This document shows positions 40,716 through 48,456 of a DNA stretch of 64,000 nt, piece by piece. The translations under genes were made by a program, and so were the position numbers. Source of the DNA: Nitrospirota bacterium (lineage in GTDB: Bacteria > Nitrospirota > Thermodesulfovibrionia > UBA6902); contig JACQZE010000005.1 in assembly GCA_016207885.1 (NCBI GenBank), positions 197,158-261,157 on the forward strand. The letters run 5' to 3'. The notes beneath the pieces were generated by a model that saw only the letters and a list, made by a program, of their open reading frames with translations, was not told the origin of the DNA and made no database searches. The stretch's first letter is position 1. Each line of letters begins with the position of its first letter.

Positions 40716-42042
40716 CAGTGATCTAAAGCGTCTGCGAGACGAAGGCTATGATGTAGAGGTTAGGTCGAACCATCTACTGGTCAAGCAAGTTCCGTATGTG
40801 AACTCTATCAAAGAGATTAAGTTTGGTATACTCGTGTCCGAGTTGAATGTGGCTGGTGACATGACAACTACGCCTAAGGATCATACGGTTTATTTTTCGG
40901 GAGAACATCCTTGCGATAAGAACGGGGTAGCGATGACCAAGATCATAAATCAAAGTGTTCAAAAATCACTTGGTCATGATCTTATTGTTCACCATTATTT
41001 CTCAAGCAAGCCTTCGAGTGGCTGTTACAAGGACCATTATGAGAAGATGGCGACATATGTCGCCATCATTTCTAGTCCTGCTCATTCGATCGACCCAAGC
41101 GTGACAGCAAATACCTTAGCTGCCGGACATATTCTTGTTAATAAAGGTTTGCTGAGTTCTATTGAAAGTGAGGAGGAATTAGAAGGTATATTGGTTCATG
41201 AAATAGCACACGTTGAAAAGAGGCATGTATTAAAACAATATTATGCATTGTTAAACCAACAAGCTGCTAATGACATGATTGCTGCCATGGCTACTGGAAT
41301 AGCAGGCGCGGCTGCAAGAGATGGTAATAGAGATGTCGCAGCTATTGCAGTTGGGATATCTGTTGCTGCAAGGGTTGCCGTAGACATTTTTTACAAGGGG
41401 TATCCTGTAGAGCAAGAAAGAGAAGCTGATGAACTTGCAATTCTATATTTTGATCAAAATAATATGGATAAACAAATTCTTGAGAATGTGTTTAAGAAGT
41501 TAAAATTTTATAGTCTTGCAACTGTTGATAATCCTGACCCTGCATCTAATTCACACCCCTTGCTCGAAGAGAGAATTGCACGGGTTAAACAAACAAAGTT
41601 TAAGAAATTTAATAACGAACATTTTTTATATAAAGGACATCCTTCACAACCACCCGTGCAAATTGATCTTCTTTATCAAAGCACTTTCAATGATACTTCA
41701 AATATTTTCTTCTATATTAATGATTACAGTTTCTTTGATAAATACCAGAGTAAAGAAGCAGAAAAAATATATTTAACATTAGAAGATGATAACGGAAAGC
41801 AAAAATATGCACTTAGTTTGCTTGACCAAGTAAGGGATATGTGGGGTGTTTATTTAGTTTTAAACATCAACAACGCAACGACCATCAAGAATTTAAACAA
41901 TATTTCTATAATTATTGAGACAAAAGATGAGGATATGATGAGAAACAAAATGGAAGTAATCGACTTCAGTAAAGGTAGTATTGATTACGAGTGCCATATA
42001 GAAGCAGAAAAGAAAGGTGGACATTGTTTGTGTATTCATTAA
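40690..42042 (+). CDS. Chimeric ORF: DUF6791-like (E2-like) N-terminal domain fused to an M48 zinc metallopeptidase
   Basis: MSQQLINRNSDLKRLRDEGY...DHTVYFSGEHPC...FSSKP (~aa 1-140), then GHILVNKGLL..EEELEGILVHEIAH..EREAD..SHP..EERI. Confidence 0.7.
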   Translation: MSQQLINRNSDLKRLRDEGYDVEVRSNHLLVKQVPYVNSIKEIKFGILVSELNVAGDMTTTPKDHTVYFSGEHPCDKNGVAMTKIINQSVQKSLGHDLIVHHYFSSKPSSGCYKDHYEKMATYVAIISSPAHSIDPSVTANTLAAGHILVNKGLLSSIESEEELEGILVHEIAHVEKRHVLKQYYALLNQQAANDMIAAMATGIAGAAARDGNRDVAAIAVGISVAARVAVDIFYKGYPVEQEREADELAILYFDQNNMDKQILENVFKKLKFYSLATVDNPDPASNSHPLLEERIARVKQTKFKKFNNEHFLYKGHPSQPPVQIDLLYQSTFNDTSNIFFYINDYSFFDKYQSKEAEKIYLTLEDDNGKQKYALSLLDQVRDMWGVYLVLNINNATTIKNLNNISIIIETKDEDMMRNKMEVIDFSKGSIDYECHIEAEKKGGHCLCIH

Positions 42043-42087
42043 TAGATTTATTTCACCCTCCCGAGTAAAAAGTCCCTCCACAAGATA

Positions 42088-42110
42088 GATTCCGGACAAG
42101 CCGGAATGAC
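42088..42110. repeat. Single (unpaired) REP-like unit
   Basis: GATTCCGGACAAGCCGGAATGAC, identical to 1374-1396. Confidence 0.85.
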
Positions 42111-42213
42111 GCAAACACGGAACTGAGGCATAACCAACAATACAAGAACCATAAATATATACAGTTTTTTGTATAATACGGTATCAAAAAACCAGCAGGA
42201 GAAAAATCCCGGA

Positions 42214-44850
42214 ATGAATAGCAGCGATATAAGAAAACTCTTCATCGATTTCTTTAAGGAGAAAGGGCATAAGGCGCTTCCAAGCTCCCCTCTTTTGCCT
42301 GTTGATGACCCTACACTTTTATTCACCAACGCAGGTATGGTCCAGTTCAAATCCATCTTTCTGGGCGATGTGGAGAGCCAGCACAAACGGGCTGTGACCG
42401 TTCAGAAGTGCCTGAGGGCGGGCGGCAAGCACAATGACCTTGAGAATGTCGGAAGGACGGCAAGGCACCATACCTTCTTTGAGATGTTAGGCAACTTCTC
42501 ATTCGGCGATTATTTCAAGAGAGAGGCGTGTGAATGGGCTTGGGAATTTCTAACTGAAAAGGTTCATCTCCCTGCTGACAAGCTGATGATAACCGTTTTC
42601 AATGATGACGACGAGGCTGCGGAGATATGGCAGAAGCATATAGGAATACCTGCCAACCAGATATTCAGGCTCGGAGAGAAGGACAACTTCTGGCAGATGG
42701 GCGACACAGGGCCGTGCGGGCCGTGCTCTGAGATACTGATAGACCAGGGGCCGGAGATGGGATGCGGAAAGCCCGGCTGCATGGTTGGATGCGACTGCGA
42801 CAGATACCTTGAGATATGGAACCTCGTATTTATGCAGTACAACAGGGATACGGCAGGCAAACTTCACCCGCTGCCCAAGCCGAGCATTGACACAGGCATG
42901 GGGCTTGAGAGGCTTGCCGCTGTGCTGCAGGGAAAGACGAATAACTTTGACTCTGACCTATTCATGCCGATCATAAAATATGTTGAAGGTATTTCAGGTA
43001 AAAAATACGGGAAAGATAAAGCAAACGATGTCTCTATGAGGGTCATAGCCGACCATATAAGGTCATCGGCATTCGTGCTTTCAGAGGGGCTTGTGCCTTC
43101 AAATGAAGGAAGAGGTTATGTCTTAAGAAGGATCATAAGAAGGGCTGCAAGGCACGGGCTCATGTTAGGCATCAAGGGGCCGTTCCTGCATGATGTGCTT
43201 GACGCGGTATATAAGATGATGTCCGGCCCGTATTCTGAACTGAATGAAAATATCGGGATGAGCAAAAAGGTCCTTAAGTTTGAAGAAGAGAGATTCGCGC
43301 ACACACTCTCTTCAGGCATGGATCTGCTGGACAAGGTAATTAATGAGGTAAGGGCATCGGGCAAAGAGACGATACCGGGCACCGAACTCTTTAAACTTTA
43401 TGACACATTCGGATTTCCGCTTGACCTTGCGAAGGACATTGCTGAAGACAACGGACTGAAGATAGATGAAAAAGGTTTTAATGAGGAGATGGAGCTTCAG
43501 AAGACAAAGGCGCGCGCATCATGGGTCGGCGGCGGAGAGGAAGTTTCAGGCATATACAAAGAGATAGAAACTCTTGTCGGAGCCACTGAATTCACAGGCT
43601 ATGACGCTCCTGATAAAACAGAGAGCGTGGTCAAGGCGATGATAAAGAACGGCGCCCTCATCAAAGAAGCAAAAGAAGGTGAAGAGGTTGAGGTAGTTTT
43701 AGACAGGACACCGTTCTACGGCGAATCAGGCGGACAGGTGGGCGATACCGGCATGATGGAGCATGGCGAAGGGCTATTGAAACTTGAGGTGATTAATGCA
43801 AAAAGAACCCACAACCTTATCCTGCATTCAGTAAGAATAATCAAAGGCACGTTAAGGCCTGACATGTATGTGAAGCCTGTTATAGATGAAGAGAGAAGAG
43901 CATCTGTCAAACGCAATCATACAGCCACGCATATTCTGCATGCGGCTCTGAAGGAAGTGTTAGGCGACCATATAAAACAGGCAGGCTCGTTTGTAGCGCC
44001 TGACCGGCTGAGGTTTGACTTCAACCACTTCTTTGCCATGGATGAAAGGGAGATCAAAGAGGTCGAGCGGATAGTGAATGAAAAGATAATCAGGAATATG
44101 CCTGTCCATGTCTCTGAGACATCGCTTAACAATGCGATAGCACACGGAGTGGTGGCGCTCTTTGGTGAAAAATACGGAGAGACTGTCAGGGTCGTAAAGG
44201 CGGGAAATTACTCTGCCGAACTGTGCGGGGGAACGCACTGCAGCGCGACAGGTGATATCGGCCCGTTCAAGATAATCTCTGAAGGAAGCGCGGCAGCAGG
44301 CATAAGAAGAATAGAGGCGCTGACAGGATTTTCCGCGCATAAGTTCATTAATGACGAGGAAGACGAGCTTAAAAAGACGGCAGGGCTTCTTAAGGCAACC
44401 CCTCTTAATGTAGCAGATAAAGTGCGCAAGGCCTTAAGCGACCTCAAGCTGCTTGAAAAAGAGATGGAAAAGCTGAGGAGCAGTTCAGCCTCTAATGATA
44501 TAGAGAGCATCCTTGGAAAGACGGTTGAGATAGACGGCATAAAGGTGCTTGCGCACAAGATCGACGGGCTTGATATGAAGACGCTCAGAGACCTGGCGGA
44601 CAAGCTGAAAGATAAGATGAACTCAGGTGTCATAGTCCTCGGCTCCATACTGAACGGCCAGGCATCATATGTATCCCTCGTAACAAAAGACCTCGCCTCG
44701 CGTTTCCACGCGGGGAACATATTAAAGAGCGTCACCGGCGGCAAGGGCGGCGGCAGGGCTGATATGGCTCAGGGCGGGACAAAAGATATCGATGGAATTG
44801 ATATGGCAATCTCCTCAGTACCTGATATAATCAAGGGAGAGACAAAATAA
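42214..44850 (+). CDS. alaS: Alanine-tRNA ligase
   Basis: DPTLLFTNAGMVQFK, HHTFFEMLGNFSFGDYFK, NHTATH, ELCGGTH and GGGRADMAQGG motifs. Confidence 0.99.
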   Translation: MNSSDIRKLFIDFFKEKGHKALPSSPLLPVDDPTLLFTNAGMVQFKSIFLGDVESQHKRAVTVQKCLRAGGKHNDLENVGRTARHHTFFEMLGNFSFGDYFKREACEWAWEFLTEKVHLPADKLMITVFNDDDEAAEIWQKHIGIPANQIFRLGEKDNFWQMGDTGPCGPCSEILIDQGPEMGCGKPGCMVGCDCDRYLEIWNLVFMQYNRDTAGKLHPLPKPSIDTGMGLERLAAVLQGKTNNFDSDLFMPIIKYVEGISGKKYGKDKANDVSMRVIADHIRSSAFVLSEGLVPSNEGRGYVLRRIIRRAARHGLMLGIKGPFLHDVLDAVYKMMSGPYSELNENIGMSKKVLKFEEERFAHTLSSGMDLLDKVINEVRASGKETIPGTELFKLYDTFGFPLDLAKDIAEDNGLKIDEKGFNEEMELQKTKARASWVGGGEEVSGIYKEIETLVGATEFTGYDAPDKTESVVKAMIKNGALIKEAKEGEEVEVVLDRTPFYGESGGQVGDTGMMEHGEGLLKLEVINAKRTHNLILHSVRIIKGTLRPDMYVKPVIDEERRASVKRNHTATHILHAALKEVLGDHIKQAGSFVAPDRLRFDFNHFFAMDEREIKEVERIVNEKIIRNMPVHVSETSLNNAIAHGVVALFGEKYGETVRVVKAGNYSAELCGGTHCSATGDIGPFKIISEGSAAAGIRRIEALTGFSAHKFINDEEDELKKTAGLLKATPLNVADKVRKALSDLKLLEKEMEKLRSSSASNDIESILGKTVEIDGIKVLAHKIDGLDMKTLRDLADKLKDKMNSGVIVLGSILNGQASYVSLVTKDLASRFHAGNILKSVTGGKGGGRADMAQGGTKDIDGIDMAISSVPDIIKGETK

Positions 44851-44876
44851 AGGGTTGTTTATTATGCACCAGTTGC

Positions 44877-44934
44877 GTCATTCCGGCTTGTCCGGAATCC
44901 TTCTGGGAAAAGATTCCGGACAAGCCGGAATGAC
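44877..44934. repeat. REP-like inverted pair
   Basis: The same 23-mer and its reverse complement as at 1326-1396, with a 12-bp spacer. Confidence 0.9.
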
Positions 44935-44976
44935 AGATTTTAAACTGACTTTAAATAATAATTCAGGAGGTTTGTT

Positions 44977-45291
44977 ATGTCATTATCAGATATCTTTCAA
45001 AAGACGTTCATGGCAGGGCTTGGGATGCAGGAGAAGTTCAAGGAGTTTGTAGACGAGCTTATCGATAAAGGCGAGCTCAGCGAGGCGCAGGGCAAGAAGC
45101 TCTTTGACGAATGGTCTATAAAGGCCGGCAAGACCAAAGAAGACTTTGAAAAGAACATAACCGACCTTATTAATAAATCACTCGATACGGTCAACATACC
45201 TAAGAAATCGGAAGTCGAGGAACTTAATAAAAAGCTCCAGGCTCTTTCAAAGAAAGTTGACAAACTCGAAAGATCGCTCGACAAAAACTGA
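44977..45291 (+). CDS. Phasin-like (PhaF/PhaI-type) protein
   Basis: AGLG...VDELIDKGELSEAQGKK...NIPKKSEVEEL; typical position upstream of a ubiB-like kinase. Confidence 0.75.
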   Translation: MSLSDIFQKTFMAGLGMQEKFKEFVDELIDKGELSEAQGKKLFDEWSIKAGKTKEDFEKNITDLINKSLDTVNIPKKSEVEELNKKLQALSKKVDKLERSLDKN

Positions 45292-45300
45292 GTATAAGAT

Positions 45301-47007
45301 ATGGCATTCTCAGGATTGCTAAGGTTCTGGCGGGGATACAGGAATATAGCCCGCATAAGACAGATAGTAAATGTATTTCTTAAACACGGCTTCGGGCAGT
45401 TCATCGAACAGATAAACCTTCAAAGATTTATCCCTATCAGAAAGAGGATCAGGGTATTCGGCCAGTGGAAGGAGCCTGAAAAAATATCTATCCCAGCAAG
45501 GCTCAGGATAGCCTTTAGCGAGCTCGGCCCCTCCTTCATAAAGCTCGCCCAGATCCTCTCATCAAGGCCTGACATTATAACCAGCGAGTTTGCTGACGAG
45601 TTCAGAAAACTTCAGGATGATGTGCCCCCCTTCCCTGCTGAAGAAGCGAGGGCCATGATAGAGTCCGAGCTCAAGAGATCCGTCGGAAAGATATTCGCGG
45701 ATTTTGAAGACAGGCCGTTTGCCGCCGCATCCATAGCCCAGGTTCATAACGCAACCTTAATAACCGGGGAGAAGGTCGTTGTAAAGGTCCAGAGGCCGAA
45801 CATCCATAAAGTCATAGAGACCGATATATCGATATTGAGATTTATAGCAAGCCTTATGGTCAGGCACATTCCCGAAGCATCGGTATTCAACCCCGAAGGC
45901 ATTGTCGATGAATTCGCGAAGACCGTCACAAAAGAGCTCGACTTTATCGGAGAGACAAGGAACGCGCAGCGTTTCAGAAGGAATTTTGCTGACAGCGAGG
46001 CCGTCTATATCCCGCTTGTCTATACTGATTTTGTAACTGAAAAGGTCATGGTAATGGAGAGGCTTGAAGGCGTAAAGATAGATGACATCAAGGCTATCGA
46101 CACTCTGGGCGTTGACAGGCGCAAACTTGCGAAAGACGGGCTCGATGCCTATTTTAAGATGATATTTGAGGACGGCTTCTTTCACGCTGACCCGCATCCC
46201 GGGAATATGTTCGTATTCCCGGACGGCAGGCTGGGGCTCATGGACTTCGGCATGGCCGGCAGGCTGACACCTGAGATGATGGAGAGCATAGCCAATACAT
46301 TTCTGGCATTCTTTAATAAGGACTTCGACAGGCTGATAGATGAGTATATCGAGCTCGGCCTTTTAAGCGACGGTATAGACCAGGATATCTTCAGAAGAAA
46401 GTTCAAGAGCGACCTTGTGGACCTTCTGGAACCTGTCTACGGCCTCACAATCTCAGAGATAAATTTTATTGATTACATTGAAAAGGTCACACGGCTTGCC
46501 ATAAAACACGGGCTGACGATACCGTCCGATCTCATACTCGTCAATAAAACCATTTTGATGCTTGATAATATAGGCCGGCAGCTTGACCCTAACTTTAATT
46601 TCATAGCCGCTGCAGAGCCGTATGCTGCAAAACTTGTAAAGAGCCGGATCAATCCTCAGAGGATCTTTGATAAGGCTAAAGGGAACATCTCGGAGATCAG
46701 CAGCCTTCTCATAGAGACGCCGAGACAGATCAACAGGCTATTGGCAAAGGCGTTAAAGAACGAGTTAAGCCTGAAGGTCGACCCCATTGGAATAGACAGG
46801 CTTATTAGAGATATCGACCGTTCAAGCAACCGGCTCGCCTTCAGCGTGATAGTGGCAGCTATCATTATCGGCTCGTCGCTCCTGATCCAGTCAGGCATAG
46901 GCACGACGATATTCGGGCTGCCTGCGATAGGAGCGATCGGATTCTTTATCGCATTCCTGCTCGGCTTGTGGCTTCTGATATCCATTCTAAAATCAGGAAG
47001 ATTATAG
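45301..47007 (+). CDS. ubiB: AarF/ABC1/UbiB family kinase
   Basis: LGPSFIKLAQ, AASIAQVH, VVKVQRP, FFHADPHPGN and DFG motifs. Confidence 0.9.
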   Translation: MAFSGLLRFWRGYRNIARIRQIVNVFLKHGFGQFIEQINLQRFIPIRKRIRVFGQWKEPEKISIPARLRIAFSELGPSFIKLAQILSSRPDIITSEFADEFRKLQDDVPPFPAEEARAMIESELKRSVGKIFADFEDRPFAAASIAQVHNATLITGEKVVVKVQRPNIHKVIETDISILRFIASLMVRHIPEASVFNPEGIVDEFAKTVTKELDFIGETRNAQRFRRNFADSEAVYIPLVYTDFVTEKVMVMERLEGVKIDDIKAIDTLGVDRRKLAKDGLDAYFKMIFEDGFFHADPHPGNMFVFPDGRLGLMDFGMAGRLTPEMMESIANTFLAFFNKDFDRLIDEYIELGLLSDGIDQDIFRRKFKSDLVDLLEPVYGLTISEINFIDYIEKVTRLAIKHGLTIPSDLILVNKTILMLDNIGRQLDPNFNFIAAAEPYAAKLVKSRINPQRIFDKAKGNISEISSLLIETPRQINRLLAKALKNELSLKVDPIGIDRLIRDIDRSSNRLAFSVIVAAIIIGSSLLIQSGIGTTIFGLPAIGAIGFFIAFLLGLWLLISILKSGRL

Positions 47008-47017
47008 GAGACAAACC

Positions 47018-47455
47018 ATGACTATCGATGAACTGAAACAAAGCTGTGAAGATGAATTTAAGAATATAGACATTATCCTTCAGCACCTGCACTCTGTTTA
47101 TGACAAAGGCAAATTAGAACATACGATTGCCGAACAGGCGTCAATAGCCACCTTTATCATAAACATCTACAGCGGTGTTGAAACAATCCTGAAGCAGATG
47201 CTTGTCTACGACAAGCTCGATATAAAAGACGCCCCGGGATGGCATGAAATAGTCTTAAAAAAAGCGAACGAGATCGGCATACTCCCCCCGGCTCTCTACC
47301 AGGACCTGTCGAGATACCTTGCATTCCGCAATTACTTCATCTACAACTATATCTTCAACATCAAATGGGATGACCTGAAGGCGCTGACGGATGCCGTAAG
47401 TGAATTGATAACAAAAACAAAAACCGAGGTTGAGGAGTATATACAGACGATATAA
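47018..47455 (+). CDS. HepT-like HEPN-domain protein with a degenerate active site
   Basis: NIYSGVETILK...WHEIVL...YLAFRNYFIYNY matches the HepT-like pattern, but the RxxxxH histidine is replaced by tyrosine. Confidence 0.7.
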   Translation: MTIDELKQSCEDEFKNIDIILQHLHSVYDKGKLEHTIAEQASIATFIINIYSGVETILKQMLVYDKLDIKDAPGWHEIVLKKANEIGILPPALYQDLSRYLAFRNYFIYNYIFNIKWDDLKALTDAVSELITKTKTEVEEYIQTI

Positions 47456-47486
47456 CATCTGTATATGAATCGCTTTTTGTCGTCTT

Positions 47487-47514
47487 GAAGTGCAGCGGAA
47501 AGCCGCTGTACTTC
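47487..47514 (+). terminator. 12-bp hairpin between the HEPN gene and the Bro-N/cas unit
   Basis: GAAGTGCAGCGG-AAAG-CCGCTGTACTTC. Confidence 0.5.
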
Positions 47515-47614
47515 CCCATCCTATACCGTCAGTTCTGCAATTAAATAATTATCTTGGCAAAAACCATTTAGAGGAATAGAATAAGGCATTATCCTTTCGG
47601 TCATGAGGAGGCAG

Positions 47615-48445
47615 ATGGAAACAAACATCGCAGTTTTTAGAGGCAAAGAAATAAGGAAAACAATTCATAAGAATGAATGGTGGTTTTCGATCATTGACAT
47701 ATGTGCTGCGCTTACTGAAAGCGTCGATGCGGGAGCCTACTGGAGAAAATTGAAACAAAGGCTCAAGAAGGAAGGAGGCGAGGTCGTGACATTTTGTCAC
47801 GGACTGAAATTGCCTGCCGCTGACGGAAAAAAATACGAAACCGATTGCGCCAACACCGAGGGCATCTTCCGCCTTATCCAATCCATTCCTTCACCCAAGG
47901 CAGAGCCTTTCAAGCGCTGGCTGGCAAAGGTCGGCTATGAACGCGTGCAAGAGATAGAAGACCCGGAATTGGGTACAAAGCGGACAAGGGCTTTATACAA
48001 GGCAAAGGGCTACTCTGATGACTGGATAGAGAAACGGATGCGCGGCATTGCTATTAGAGAAGAGTTGACGGACGAATGGAAAAAGCGGGAAGTGAAAGAG
48101 AAAAAGGAATATGAGATCCTCACCGCAGAGATTGCAAAAGCAGCATTCGGCGTAAACCCAAGTCAGCATAAGAAATTAAAAGGGTTGAAACGTGAAAACC
48201 TGAGAGACCATATGAACGACCTTGAACTTATTTTCTCTATGTTAGGTGAAGCTGCAACAACTGAGATAACGCGGGTTGATGATGCAAAGGGTTTTCATGA
48301 GAGCAAACGTTCAGCACGCAAGGGCGGGGTTGTGGCAGGTAAGGCGCGAAAAGACCTTGAGAAAAAGACGGGCAAGAGGGTTGTCTCAAATGAAAATTAT
48401 CTTTCGACTTCTGAAAGTGTGAAAAAACTGGAAAGGAAGAAGTAG
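47615..48445 (+). CDS. Bro-N domain DNA-binding protein, copy 2, directly upstream of cas3
   Basis: YWRKLKQRLKKEG.EVVTFCHGLKL.AADGKKYETD and FRLIQSIPSPKAEPFK. Confidence 0.9.
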   Translation: METNIAVFRGKEIRKTIHKNEWWFSIIDICAALTESVDAGAYWRKLKQRLKKEGGEVVTFCHGLKLPAADGKKYETDCANTEGIFRLIQSIPSPKAEPFKRWLAKVGYERVQEIEDPELGTKRTRALYKAKGYSDDWIEKRMRGIAIREELTDEWKKREVKEKKEYEILTAEIAKAAFGVNPSQHKKLKGLKRENLRDHMNDLELIFSMLGEAATTEITRVDDAKGFHESKRSARKGGVVAGKARKDLEKKTGKRVVSNENYLSTSESVKKLERKK

Positions 48446-48456
48446 AGGGAGATTTT

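Noticed and set aside
32374-42042. Prophage suggested by Bro-N, XRE and ImmA-like genes
   Set aside because: No integrase, terminase or structural genes; housekeeping genes (tyrS, hemB) are interspersed.
32374-48445. Diversity-generating retroelement (template/variable repeat pair) explaining the Bro-N duplicates
   Set aside because: No reverse transcriptase is in the window, the differences are not adenine-specific, and both copies are full genes with promoters.
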